A stretch of 64,000 bases of DNA. Origin: Nannocystis bainbridge. Lineage in GTDB: Bacteria > Myxococcota_A > Polyangia > Nannocystales > Nannocystaceae. A model generated the notes under the pieces. It saw nothing but the letters and a program-made list of their open reading frames with translations, made no database searches and had not been told where the DNA came from. The stretch is from NCBI RefSeq assembly GCF_028368995.1, contig NZ_JAQNDL010000005.1, positions 384,001 to 448,000 of the forward strand, written 5' to 3'. The translations under genes were made by a program, and so were the position numbers. Positions 39,444-50,200 of this stretch are shown here, piece after piece (position 1 is the stretch's first letter; every line of letters starts with the position of its first letter).

Positions 39444-40817
39444 CTATGTTCCCAGTCCGCGATTCACCGCCCGCAGCACCGCCCGCGCGCAGGCGTTCCC
39501 GCCGCGGACCGCCCCCTCTTGCGAGCCGAAGAACTCCTGCTGGGTCCAGTCGCCGGCCAGGAACAGGTTCTCGATCGGCGTGACCTGCGAGGGCCGTCGC
39601 GTCATCGCCCCCGGCAGCGGGCGGATCAGGTGGTGCTCGTGCTTCAGCACCACCCGCTTGACCACCTTCGCCGCCGCGATCTTCGGGTTCGCGGCGCCGA
39701 GGTCGGCGAGCACGTGCGCGACGATCGCCGCGTCGTCCCAGCCCATGAGCGGGTCCGCCGGGCTGACGATCACCGACAGCCGGCTGCCCAGCGCGTAGGG
39801 GTACGTGTAGCGCGACTGGTCCTGATACACCGGGCAGTTGCTGCCGGCCACCAGCGTGAAGCCGTCGCGCCGGGTCACCACGCGGTCGAACCACAGCTGC
39901 ACCGAGATCGCCGGCGCTGTCGGCAGATCGAGGATGTCGGCGAAGAACGGGCGGCTGCGCAGCGGCTGCGGGATCTTCGGCGCGAACACCCACGCCGGCA
40001 GGGCGACCACATAGATGTCGGCCGCGAGCTGCTCGCCGCCGACGAGCTTGAAGCCGGTGATCGTATCGGTCTTCGCGTCGTATTCGATCTCGTCGAGCTT
40101 CACCTTGGTGCGGATCTCGACGCCGCGCTGCTTCAGGTGCGCCGCGAGCGGGGCGAAGATCTCCGAATCACGCGCGCCGCGGTAGCCGCCGAGCCGCGCC
40201 CGCAGCGGCCGGATGAGCGTCTGATGGGCCCAGCCGAGCAGGTTGTAGGCCGAGAACTGCTCGGCGTCGGTGAACTGGATCGCGCGACAGAACGGCCGCA
40301 GGGCCCGCTCCAGCGCCTGCTGTGAGCCGCTCGCGCGCCGCCACCAGTCGACCACCGTGAGCCGATCGAAGCGACGCAGCAGCGCCTCCGGCAGCGCGGC
40401 CGGGGCCAGCAGCGGGAGCAGCGACAGCTTGGCCAGCGGTCCCAGGTAATCGTTGTTGCCCAGCGCGCCGAGCAGCGTGCGCAGCGGCGCGTAAAGCGGG
40501 TTGGTGCCGAACAGCGCCGACGGGCCCGAGGGCGTCTCGAACCGCAGATCGTCGGTCCAGTACAGCACCTCGCGCGGCGGTCGGCCGATGTCGCGGAGCA
40601 GCGCCCGGAACTGCGAATAGGCCCCGGGGAACAGGTGGAGCCCCTGCTCGATCCACTCGCCGTCCTGGTCGAGGAAGGTCCCCGCGCGCCCGCCGAGATA
40701 CGGCTGGCTCTCGAGCACCGTGACCGGCAGCCCGGCCTCGGCGAGCCGCTTGGCGCAGGCGAGACCGGCGAGGCCGCCGCCGGCGATGACGACGCGGGGA
40801 TTGGAGCGCGGGCGCAT
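39444..40817 (-). CDS. FAD-dependent carotenoid-desaturase-like oxidoreductase (CrtP/CrtQ/HpnE family)
   Basis: IAGGGLAGLACA..LGGRAG; IEQGLHLFPGAY; NLFLAGDWT..SQEGAVRGG. Confidence 0.85.
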   Translation of the reverse strand: MRPRSNPRVVIAGGGLAGLACAKRLAEAGLPVTVLESQPYLGGRAGTFLDQDGEWIEQGLHLFPGAYSQFRALLRDIGRPPREVLYWTDDLRFETPSGPSALFGTNPLYAPLRTLLGALGNNDYLGPLAKLSLLPLLAPAALPEALLRRFDRLTVVDWWRRASGSQQALERALRPFCRAIQFTDAEQFSAYNLLGWAHQTLIRPLRARLGGYRGARDSEIFAPLAAHLKQRGVEIRTKVKLDEIEYDAKTDTITGFKLVGGEQLAADIYVVALPAWVFAPKIPQPLRSRPFFADILDLPTAPAISVQLWFDRVVTRRDGFTLVAGSNCPVYQDQSRYTYPYALGSRLSVIVSPADPLMGWDDAAIVAHVLADLGAANPKIAAAKVVKRVVLKHEHHLIRPLPGAMTRRPSQVTPIENLFLAGDWTQQEFFGSQEGAVRGGNACARAVLRAVNRGLGT

Positions 40818-41032
40818 GCCCTGTGGGTGTGCCCGAAGACGACGACGCGACAAGCCGCGGGCCGGTGAGCGGCGCGGACGCGGCGAGGTCGTCACAGTCG
40901 GCGCGCGGTCCTGCGGCGAGTCCCCGTTCGCGCCTCGCGGCCGCGCATCGCCACGCCGTCCGCGCCGCGCCTCGAAGACCACGCGCGCGCGGTCCGACGA
41001 ATCCGCGATCGGCGATCCGCCCGCCCGCCGAA

Positions 41033-42520
41033 TCAGGCGAGCAGCGCGGACATGTCGAAGCGCTCGGGGAACTCGATGTCCATCGCCTGGGCGATCGCCG
41101 AGTAGATGTGGCCCTCGGAGCACTCGAGCTTCGGGTCGGCGTCGCCCGTGCTGCCGTCGAAGCCGTAGGTCTCACAGGTCGTGGGCTCGATGCCGCCGAA
41201 CACCCGGTTGCCCTTGAGCAGCGGCGAGACGATGAGCGTGCCGTTGTTGAGCGAGTGGCCGGTGCCCCACGACTCCGCGCCGGCCGGGCGCGTCTTGTCG
41301 CGGCCGAAATCGGTGGCGACGTAGATCATCGACCGGTCCCACATCTTGCCGAGCGCCGGATCGCCGAGGTAATCGAGCTGCTGCAGCAGGTCGACCAGCG
41401 CGTCGATGGTCCGGAGCACGTGGCCCCACATCAGGTACTGCGCGATCCGGTGATCCGAGTGCGAGAAGTCGAACGCGATCGGCGTGGTGATCAGCTTCTC
41501 GTTGCCGAACGTCGGCTCCTGGCGCAGGCCGATGGTGCTGACGCAGGACAGGCCGTAGTACGCCAGCAGCACGGACAGCGCCGCCTGCGACTCCCACGGG
41601 TCGACCAGCATGTTGGAGAACTTGCTGGCCAGCGTCGGCAGCAGCGGGCTCGACATGACGCCGTACTTGGGGTCGAGCAGCTCGGGCGGCAGCAGGGTCA
41701 GCCGGTCCATCAGGTTGGCGGACTCGAGGCGCGGCTGGACCTCGCGGCGGTTGGCGAGGAAGCGCTGGCGCCTGGGGCTGTCGGCGAACGTGCGGCCGAA
41801 CGTCGAGGCGTCGTCGAGCTGCTCGCGGACGCCGCGAGCGCGCTCCACCAGCCCGCGGCCGGGGGCCCCGACCACCCCCTTCACGCCGTCCATCGCCGCC
41901 GCGAAGCCGAGCGGCGAGGCGATGATCTCGGCCCGCGCGAACGCGGGCATCGAGGGGTCGACGCCGGGCTGGATGTACCCGTCGTTGGCCATGTTGCAGT
42001 TGGGGATGATCAGGTCCTCGCCGTGGCGGACCGCCATCGCCTCCATGATCGTGCGGCCGCGGTTGATCCCGGCGCCGGTCACCGATCGGTGCTGCCCGAC
42101 GCTGTGATTGACGCTGGAGCACTCCTGCGTCAGCACCGTCGTCCACGGGTGGTGCTTCTTGAGGAAGCCGTCGAGCGAGTAGGTCGTCTCGTAGAGCCCC
42201 GCGAGCAGGCCGACCGACTCGAAGTAGCCGGGGCAGCGCAGGTTGCTCCCGGTCGGGGTGATCACCTTGTCGTCCTCGTAGGCGTTCAAGGTGTCGGCGC
42301 GCGCGTCGTCGCCGACCTCGCTGCGGGTCACCGGCAGGAAGCTGTCGACGATGCTCGCCCCGCCCGTCGCGCACAGCACGAACAGCAGCTTGCGATCCTT
42401 GTCGGCGTTGCTGCCCGCGCGCTCTCCGGCGGCTCGCCCGAGGGCCGAGCCGAGCGCGGTCGTGCCCATCGCCCCGGCCATCGCCAGGAGCATGTTTCGT
42501 CGCCCGATTTTGCTGGTCAT
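41033..42520 (-). CDS. Tat-exported DUF1501-like protein
   Basis: GRRNMLL twin-arginine; GGASIVDSF; FDFSH; VATDFGR..GTGH. Confidence 0.75.
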   Translation of the reverse strand: MTSKIGRRNMLLAMAGAMGTTALGSALGRAAGERAGSNADKDRKLLFVLCATGGASIVDSFLPVTRSEVGDDARADTLNAYEDDKVITPTGSNLRCPGYFESVGLLAGLYETTYSLDGFLKKHHPWTTVLTQECSSVNHSVGQHRSVTGAGINRGRTIMEAMAVRHGEDLIIPNCNMANDGYIQPGVDPSMPAFARAEIIASPLGFAAAMDGVKGVVGAPGRGLVERARGVREQLDDASTFGRTFADSPRRQRFLANRREVQPRLESANLMDRLTLLPPELLDPKYGVMSSPLLPTLASKFSNMLVDPWESQAALSVLLAYYGLSCVSTIGLRQEPTFGNEKLITTPIAFDFSHSDHRIAQYLMWGHVLRTIDALVDLLQQLDYLGDPALGKMWDRSMIYVATDFGRDKTRPAGAESWGTGHSLNNGTLIVSPLLKGNRVFGGIEPTTCETYGFDGSTGDADPKLECSEGHIYSAIAQAMDIEFPERFDMSALLA

Positions 42521-42539
42521 CGTCGCAGGCTCCCGTGGC

Positions 42540-43169
42540 TCAGAAGAACAAGAACTCGGTCGAGGTGCCGATCGCAAAGCAGGCGAGCAGCGCGAAGTCA
42601 TGGGCCGACACCGGCTTGCCGTCGTCGTCGACGGTGAGCTCGCCGAGCGTCGTCAGCTCGTGCGGCTCCGGGTCGCGCGACAACAGGCGGCGATACAGCG
42701 CCGTGACCGTCGCGGTGAACTCCTTGTCGTCGGGGGACGGCGCCGCCGCGGCGGCGAGGTCGAGGTCGACGAACACGGCCGGCGAGCCGCCGCGATCGAG
42801 CTCGGCCCGGTTGGCGCAGGCGCTCATGACCACGCGCTCGAGCACGATCGGCGTCGACACCAGAGTGTCGGGCAACGGCTCGTAGAGCCCGATGCGCAGC
42901 GGGTCGGCGCCGCCGAGCGAGATGTGGTGGATCTCGCGGGTGCACGAGCCGCGGCCCAGCTCGTTGCACACCCGGTCCTCGGGCAGCTCGAGCGCGCGCA
43001 TGAGGTCCTGCTGGAGCGCCGCGTTGCGCTTCCATTGCAGCTCGCCGCGCTGGGCGCGTTGCATCTCTTCGGCGCCGGTGTCCTCGGAGCCGCCGCCGCC
43101 GCCGTCGCGGCAACCCGCCACGAGCAGCAGCGCCGGCACGAGCGAATGAACGAGTTTATGCATGATCAT
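42540..43169 (-). CDS. Lipoprotein of the DUF1501/cytochrome operon
   Basis: Lipobox VAGC; ends ACFAIGTSTEFLFF. Confidence 0.75.
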   Translation of the reverse strand: MIMHKLVHSLVPALLLVAGCRDGGGGGSEDTGAEEMQRAQRGELQWKRNAALQQDLMRALELPEDRVCNELGRGSCTREIHHISLGGADPLRIGLYEPLPDTLVSTPIVLERVVMSACANRAELDRGGSPAVFVDLDLAAAAAPSPDDKEFTATVTALYRRLLSRDPEPHELTTLGELTVDDDGKPVSAHDFALLACFAIGTSTEFLFF

Positions 43170-43182
43170 CGTCGTGCTCCTC

Positions 43183-44622
43183 TCACGGCATGCCGAAGGC
43201 GTCGGTGTCGACGAGGCGGTGAAGCAGGCGGTTGGCCGAGTAGCCGTCGGCCGGCATCGCGGTCCAGACCGCGTCGAACTCGTCGAGCTCGTCCGGGCGC
43301 GGCTCGTGCCCCACCGCGTAGATGAAGAACATGTGGGCCAGGTTGCGCTGGAACTCGCGCGACTGCGACATCACGGCCGCGAGGTCGACGAGGCTCTCGA
43401 CCGGCCGGTCGAGCACGACGAACCCCGGGTCCGCCTCGTCCCATCCGGGGATCCGCTCGGTCGGGCGCGTGGCCCGGTACTGCCCGGTGCGGTTGAGGTT
43501 CTTGAGGTCGATGCCCTCGTAGTACGAGAACGCGTACGACAGCGGGTCGAGCGTCGAGTGGCACTGCGCGCACGCCTGGGCGGCGACGCCCTTGTCGTCG
43601 ATGTCGAGGGGCTCGCCCTCGACCGGCCGGATGCCCTCGTTCTGCGACAAGTCGAGCCCGAGGTACTCGCGGTAGGCGTGCCCGGCCGCGACGCGCGGGA
43701 CGGCGGCGAACATGATGTTGATGAACAGGTTCCACTGGGTCGTCAGCATGCCCGCGCGGTGCTCCGGCGCGAGCAGCTGGCCCCCGCCGAACGCGCCCGA
43801 CGGGTTGGCGATCGTCCCGTCGACCTTGCGGAACGCGCCGGCGTCGTCGAGGCCGACGTGGTACTGCGCGGTCAGCAGCTCACGCGCGTCGCGGTCGCCG
43901 GACAGCACGTACTGCCACAGCCGGTAGTCCCACTCGTAGTCGGACAGCGTGATCTTGTAGCCGTTGATCGAGATGTCGGTGTCGACGCCGAAGGCCTGGA
44001 CCGGGCGGATCTTCGGGTGCGCCAGCGAGGCCAGCGCCTCGTCGATCCAGAACCTGGTCTCGAGGCACTCGGCGAGCGCGTCGTGGATCGCCTCGATCTG
44101 GGCCTCGCCGCCGAGCTCGGCGAACTCCGTGACCTCGTCGTACGACGGCGAGGCGCCGCAGAACAGCAGGCGGACCCGCTTGAAGGCGTAGCGCGGATCG
44201 TACTCGCCGATCGCGTAGCTCGGGTTGTCCAGCCCTTCGGGGGTCGGCCGCGGCATCCACTGCGACAGCGGATCGCCCGGGTCGGTCCCGAGCTCGATCT
44301 CCTCGCGGTTGCTCAGGCCGTCGCCGTCGCTGTCGTCGTCCTCGATGGCCGCGAGCGCCGACGCGAGGTTGTCGTCGAACGCCGCGCCCTTCAGCGCGCC
44401 GAGCACCGCCCCGCCGTACGCGTTCCAGTTGACCGGCTGGGTCGACAGGTGACACTTGCTGCACGTGATGCTGCGGCCCATGCACTCCGGCGCGTCGGCG
44501 TAGACGTCGCAGAAGGCGCGCGGGCCGGTCGGCCTGGCCTGGCTCTCGGGCGCGAACGAGGCGACCGCGAGGCCGCAACCGACGAGCGCCAGGTACCGCA
44601 GGACGCCGTATCGAGGGATCAT
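43183..44622 (-). CDS. Di-heme c-type cytochrome (DUF1588/DUF1585-like)
   Basis: Signal peptide; CSKCH and CAQCH; DSDGDGLSNREE..GTDP Ca-binding-like repeat; AGMLTT. Confidence 0.8.
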   Translation of the reverse strand: MIPRYGVLRYLALVGCGLAVASFAPESQARPTGPRAFCDVYADAPECMGRSITCSKCHLSTQPVNWNAYGGAVLGALKGAAFDDNLASALAAIEDDDSDGDGLSNREEIELGTDPGDPLSQWMPRPTPEGLDNPSYAIGEYDPRYAFKRVRLLFCGASPSYDEVTEFAELGGEAQIEAIHDALAECLETRFWIDEALASLAHPKIRPVQAFGVDTDISINGYKITLSDYEWDYRLWQYVLSGDRDARELLTAQYHVGLDDAGAFRKVDGTIANPSGAFGGGQLLAPEHRAGMLTTQWNLFINIMFAAVPRVAAGHAYREYLGLDLSQNEGIRPVEGEPLDIDDKGVAAQACAQCHSTLDPLSYAFSYYEGIDLKNLNRTGQYRATRPTERIPGWDEADPGFVVLDRPVESLVDLAAVMSQSREFQRNLAHMFFIYAVGHEPRPDELDEFDAVWTAMPADGYSANRLLHRLVDTDAFGMP

Positions 44623-44831
44623 CGGTCCCCCTCCCCGAGCCGCGACGGCTCGGCGGGCGAACTCGGTCCAGGGCGGGGAGGCCGGGCCGTCTGCAGACGA
44701 ACGGGCGCGACGGCGAGCGACATGGCGGTCATTGGCGGCTCCTGTATCCTCGAAGGTAGAATGTTCCGCTGCAGCATACGAGCCCCACCGGCGCACCTGA
44801 CTGGTGCGTCCACGCAACAAGGACCTCGGCC

Positions 44832-45737
44832 ATGGAATCACTGCTCGCCAACCTCCCCACCCTGATGGCGCTCGTACGGCACGGCTCCGTGACCGCGGCC
44901 GCGGCAGAGCTCGGTGTCCCCCGCAGCACGGTGAGCCGCCGACTCGCCCGTCTCGAGCAGGAACTGGGGGTCGTGCTGGCGGAAAGGACCACCCGGACGC
45001 TCAAGCTGACCGACGCCGCGCGCGAGCTGGGCGGGGAATCGGCCGCGCTGCTGACGAAGCTCCGGACCACCGCCGAGGCCATCGTCGCCGAGGCCGGCAA
45101 GGTGAAGGGGCGGCTGCGCATCGCCCTCGCGCCGGGGTTGGGCGGGCCGTTCATCACGCCGCTCATCGCCAGCTTTCAGCGGCGGCACCCGGACGTCGTG
45201 GTCGAGCTGCTCGTCACCGAGCGGCAGCCGCACCTGCTCGACGACCAGATCGACGCGCTGGCCGTGACGACGCTCGACCCCGCGTTGCCGTGGAGCCGCC
45301 GGTCCCTCGGCAAGACCCCGGCGATCGCGGTCGCCAGCCCTCGCTATCTCCGCGATCGCCCGGCGCCGACCGACGCCGCGGCCCTCGAGGATCACGTCGT
45401 GCTCTGGTACGGCCTCAACCGCGGCGGCACGTTCACCTGGCCGCGGCTGCGGGGCGCGCCGCTCCCGGTGCGCCCGGCGTTCGTGACCAACGACCTGCCC
45501 ACGCTGCGAGAGATGGCGCTCGAGGGCGTGGGCGTCGCGGTGCTGCCCATGCACCTCATCGTCGACGAGCTGGCCCGGGGAGCGCTCGTCCACGTGCTGC
45601 CGAAGCAGATCGGCGCCACCATCGAGTTCTTCGCGCTGTTCGTCCCCGAGCGCGGCAAGAGCCCGGTTCTGCGCGCCCTCTTCGACGAGGTCTCGCGCTT
45701 CTCGGCCAAGCTCGCGGCCAGCCGCAGCAAGGCGTGA
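44832..45737 (+). CDS. LysR-family transcriptional regulator
   Basis: GSVTAAAAELGVPRSTVSRRLARLEQELGV..RTTR; VASPRYL. Confidence 0.95.
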   Translation: MESLLANLPTLMALVRHGSVTAAAAELGVPRSTVSRRLARLEQELGVVLAERTTRTLKLTDAARELGGESAALLTKLRTTAEAIVAEAGKVKGRLRIALAPGLGGPFITPLIASFQRRHPDVVVELLVTERQPHLLDDQIDALAVTTLDPALPWSRRSLGKTPAIAVASPRYLRDRPAPTDAAALEDHVVLWYGLNRGGTFTWPRLRGAPLPVRPAFVTNDLPTLREMALEGVGVAVLPMHLIVDELARGALVHVLPKQIGATIEFFALFVPERGKSPVLRALFDEVSRFSAKLAASRSKA

Positions 45738-45785
45738 CGCGGGAGCTGATCACGAAGGCGCGGCGCTCGCCGGCCGCGTCGATGA

Positions 45786-46403
45786 CTACATGTCTCTTGG
45801 GACATGTACGAACGTCGACCCCGGTAGTCGGCCCTGCACGCCTTCCGGCAGTCGCGGAAGGATTTCCACCACATCCGCCATCACCCGGCCGCTCTTCTCC
45901 AGCAACTGGTTGCACCTGCCGAAGAGCGGCTGCCGGAACTCCACCGCCAGGGCCTCGCTCATCAGCGCGTCTGACCAGGTCTGAAAGAAGATTGCAGGCC
46001 GGCTGGTGGAGGCTACCTGCATGTCCGCCAGCAGCCGCCCCAGCGGTACGTGCCCCTGCACCAGCAGCTCCCGCCCCCGACTCTCGAAGCAGTTCAGGTG
46101 GATGCGGATGGCCGCCAGCTCCGCGGGGCGCAGGTCCACCGCGCCCACCAGCAGCACCTGGCGCCGCAGCTCGTCCTTGCCCAGGCTGGTGTGGAGCACC
46201 TTCAGCGTCAGCCGCTGGTCGAAGAAGTCTTCCAGCGTCGGCGTCATCGTGCCCTCATGCACCAGCAGCTGTCGGTACGGTTGCGGCATGTCCTCCGGCT
46301 CGATGAAGGACAGGCGCGGCAAAGGCAGCCCCCGAGCGGCGTAGAGCACCTCCAGCGGCTCGAACGCGCTGGGATGTGAATCGGTGAACTTTCTGCCAGA
46401 CAT
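45786..46403 (-). CDS. Chorismate-lyase-like (UbiC/UTRA-fold) protein
   Basis: LLVHEGTMTPTLE..LRRQVLL..PLGRLL..FGRCNQL..VVEILP; GAGG RBS. Confidence 0.72.
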   Translation of the reverse strand: MSGRKFTDSHPSAFEPLEVLYAARGLPLPRLSFIEPEDMPQPYRQLLVHEGTMTPTLEDFFDQRLTLKVLHTSLGKDELRRQVLLVGAVDLRPAELAAIRIHLNCFESRGRELLVQGHVPLGRLLADMQVASTSRPAIFFQTWSDALMSEALAVEFRQPLFGRCNQLLEKSGRVMADVVEILPRLPEGVQGRLPGSTFVHVPRDM

Positions 46404-46426
46404 GTGGATCTCCCTCGCGCTTGGGG

Positions 46427-47229
46427 TCACCGGCCGCATCGCTCAGTCTCCGTGGGCTCGAGCGCCGCTCGAGTCGCGCTTCGTTGCGCGAATCGCCACG
46501 AGACGAGTCGGCGCCCGATCTCGTGCAGAAGCTCGGAGCGAGCGCTGTCCAAGAAGAAGTGCCTCCCCGGAAACACCTGCAGGTCGAACGGTCCGGACGT
46601 GTACTGCCGCCATGCCTTGAGCCCCTCATCCGTCACCTCCGGATCCTCGATGCCGCTGAACACGGTGAGGGGCGCTGCCAGGCCGCCTCTCACCGGTCCA
46701 CGCGCCCGCGTATCGACGAGCGCGAAGTCGGCACGCAAAATGGGAATGAACAGCTCGATAATCGCGTTGTTCGCGAGCACCTCCTCCGGCACGCCGTTCC
46801 ATCGCCGGAGCTCCACCAGGAGCTCCTCTCGCGAGACGTGCTGGAGCGAGCGGCGCTCGATATGTGGCGCCTGCGCTCCAGAGACGAAGACATGGACCGG
46901 GGAACGCTCGGCGACGGTTGCGAGCCGCGACGCCAGCTCGATGGCGATGCTGGCGCCCATGCTGTGGCCGAAGATCGCAAATGGGCGGTCGATGGCGGCG
47001 GCGCACGCCCCCGCCATCACGTCCACGAGCGACGACATGCGCCGGCAAGGCTCCTCTGCCATGCGCTGCCCGTGGCCCGGCAGCTCGATTGCCACCACCT
47101 CGATGTTATCGGGGAGCGCGGCTCCCCATTCGCGGAAGGCACTCGCATCTCCCCCTGCGTAGGGCAGGCAGAGCAGCCGCAGGTCACAGTCGGGACTTGG
47201 ACGACGTTTGGAAACCAGGAGGAGCTCAT
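46427..47229 (-). pseudogene. Type II thioesterase with an apparent 1-nt frameshift near the N-terminus
   Basis: LRLLCLPYAGG..IELPGHG..FGHSMGA..LRADF..FPGRHFFL in one frame; the natural start MSSSWF (ATG 47229) is in another frame. Confidence 0.75.
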
Positions 47230-47253
47230 GGGACTCTCGCTCACGGGTGATGG

Positions 47254-50200
47254 CTATCGCTTCCGGTTCTTGACGTCCGCGAGCGCCCTGAGCGCCTGGT
47301 CCACCTCTGCGGTAGTGTTAGCGGCCGTGATCGAGAAGCGGAGGACCCCCTTGTTGTAGGGAACGAGCGGATAGACGGCGGGGGTAATCAGAACGTCGTG
47401 CTCCCACAGGATGCGGCACGCCTCGACCACGTCGGCGTTGGAGCCGACCTCGACCGCGACGAGGGGAAAGTAGTTGTTCTCATTGACTGCGAAGCCGAGA
47501 GCCCGCGCTCCGCTCACCAGCTTGCGCGTCAGCTCGAGCAGCTGCGCACGCCATCGACCGCCCTCATCCCGATTCAAACGAACGCCCGCGATGGCGCTCG
47601 CCAGGCTTGCCACGCAGGTCGGTCCCGAGTACCCAAAAGTAGTGGTCTCGTTGGAGAGCCGCGCCTTCGTCGCCCTGTCCGGAACGGTCATGAACGCGCC
47701 ATAGGACGAGAACGCCTTCGACAGTCCAGCGACGTAGGTGATGTTGTCCTCGGCGTAGCGCAGCCCGTGGAACCTGACGAGCCCGTTTCCCTTTTGCCCG
47801 TATGGCATCCCGGGATTCGGATTCTCACCGATGACACCGAAACCGTGCGCGTCGTCGATGTAGATATGCGCGTTGTAGGTCTTGGCCAGCCGCACATACG
47901 CCGGGAGATCGGAGAACGTGCCTGACATCGAGTACACGCCGTCGATGACGATCAGCTTCGTCCGGGAGTGCGGGAACCGGACCAGCTGTCGCTCCAACGC
48001 TTGGAGGTCGTTGTGCGTGTAGTCCACGAGCTCGGCGCCGTCGACGGTGGCCCGGCAGCAGGCCTCGTACATGGTGTTGTGCGCAGCCACGTCCTTGAAG
48101 ATGACCCCATCCCTGCCGACCAGCTTGGGGATGATGCCGAGGTGCAGGAGCGAGAGAGACGGGAAGACGAGCACCTCGGGCGAACCAACGAGCTGCGGCA
48201 GCTCGGACTCCAGCTCCTCGTAAATCCTCGGGGTCGCGACCTGCCGGCTCCAGCTCGGGTGCACGCCCCACTTAGCGACCGCCGGCGCGATCGCTTCCAT
48301 GACCTTCGGGTGCAGATCCAGTCCCAGGTAGTTGCAGGACGCGAAGTCAGACCTCCACCGCCCCCCGGCGAGCACCTGCCGGCCGCGCTGTTCCTCGACG
48401 AGCACCAGTCGCTGAGGGACCAGGGGCGTGATGTCCTCGACCAGGTCGGGTCCCGGCACTCCGTCCGCGAGATGGCGCGCCAACTCAGCGGGGGTCGGGT
48501 GGGCCCAGGCAACGACCGGCGAAACCTCCCTCGCCAGGAGCCGCCGCAGGTCCTGGGCAAGGCCGACGGCGAGCAGCGAAGTCATCCCGTAGTCGGAGAA
48601 GCGCCGCTGAGCGTCCACCGGCTGGCCGTCGAGCTCGAGGTTTCGCGCGAGCCAACCGGCGATCCAGCCCTCGTGCTCTTCGACCGACTGCGGCTGCTTT
48701 GCGAATACCTCCTCATCCGAGGTGGCCGGGACCTTCGCACTCTGCCGGCGGTCGAGGGCTCGCTGATTCTGGATTGCTGCGATGGATTGCAGCTTCTTGT
48801 CGCGAAGCACGCGCTTGAGAAGCTTTCCGCTGCCGCTCTTGGGCAGCGCGTCGACGAACTCGACGTCGCTCGGAACCTTGAAGTCGGCCATGTTCTTGCG
48901 ACAAAACGCGAGGATGTCGTTCACCGTGGCCCTGGAGTCGGGACGCAGCACGATCGCGGCGCATACCTTCTCCTCCGAGATCGAATCTGGGATGCCGTAG
49001 ACCGCGACCTCCGCGATGTCTCGATTCTGATACAGGATGTTCTCGACTTCGGAAGGGAAGACCTTCATCCCCGCGACGTTGACCATGTCCTTGATGCGGT
49101 CGACGATGTACAAGCAGCCGTCGTCATCCATGCGGCCGATATCGCCCGAGAGGAACCAGCCATCGTGCAGCTTCTCGGCGGTCTCTGCGGGACGATTCCA
49201 GTAGCCCAGCATGACGCTCGGTCCGCGGATCGCAATCTCACCCAGGTCGCCCGGCTTGCCCGCTTCGCCGTCTGAGCCGACCACGCGCACTTCGACCCGG
49301 GCGATCGTGCGTCCCACCGACCCGGGCTTGCTCCGGGGGTCATGGTTGAAGCACGCCATGCAGGTTTCGGTGAGACCATAGCCTTCGTTGATGGCGAAAC
49401 CGTACTTCTCGAGCCACTTGCTTCCGAGCTCGACCGGGAGCTTCGCGCCCGCGGAGACGGCGCGCCGAATCGAGATCAGTTGCTTGGGCGCGGACTGTTC
49501 GAAGAGCATCAAGTACAGCGTCGGCACGCCGAAGAAGAGCGTGATCGCGTGTTCTTCGATGGACCGAAGCACGGACTCGGGCTCGAACTGACGATGCAGC
49601 ACCAGCGTAGCTCCGGCCTCGAAGCATGGGTTGAGCACCGCGGTCTGAGGGAAGCTGAAGAACAGGGGCAGACAAAGGAGGACGCGGTCCTCGTGCTGCA
49701 CGGACAGCGTGCCGACCGCCGTTTGACTGCTGACGATGACATTGTGGTGCGAGAGGAGCGCGCCCTTGGGAAAGCCGGTCGTCCCGGATGTGTAGTGAAT
49801 GACGGCCGGGTGGTCGGCTGTCACTTCGGCGGCGATCGCCTCAGGCGACTCGGCGAGCGACAGGGCGGCGAACGTGTCTGTGCTGGCTGGAGCACCGTCG
49901 ACGAGAACAACGCGGTCCAGGTGGGGCAGGGCGGACCGCATGGCATCCGCGGCCGGAAGGACGCCTCGCAACGTGCCCGAGGTGATCAGAACCTTGCTGC
50001 CGCTATCCTTGAGGATAAACTGCGTCTCCTCCGACTTCAGCGCGGCGTTGATGGTCACCGCGATGGCGCCGAGCTTCAGTGTTCCGAGGAATGCAAACAC
50101 GAACTCGGGCTGGTTGGGGAGCCACAGTGCCACGCGGTCGCCGCGGTGGATGCCGAGCCTGGCCAGAGCGTTCGCTGCGCGATTGCTCAGCTCGTTGAGC

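Noticed and set aside
44619-44732. Short ORF with a good RBS coupled to the cytochrome gene start
   Set aside because: Low-complexity 37-aa product; cannot distinguish a leader peptide from a remnant or chance
47254-48420. bioF (biotin synthesis) assignment for the AOS domain
   Set aside because: Fused to A and ACP domains, with no other bio genes nearby; the context indicates secondary metabolism
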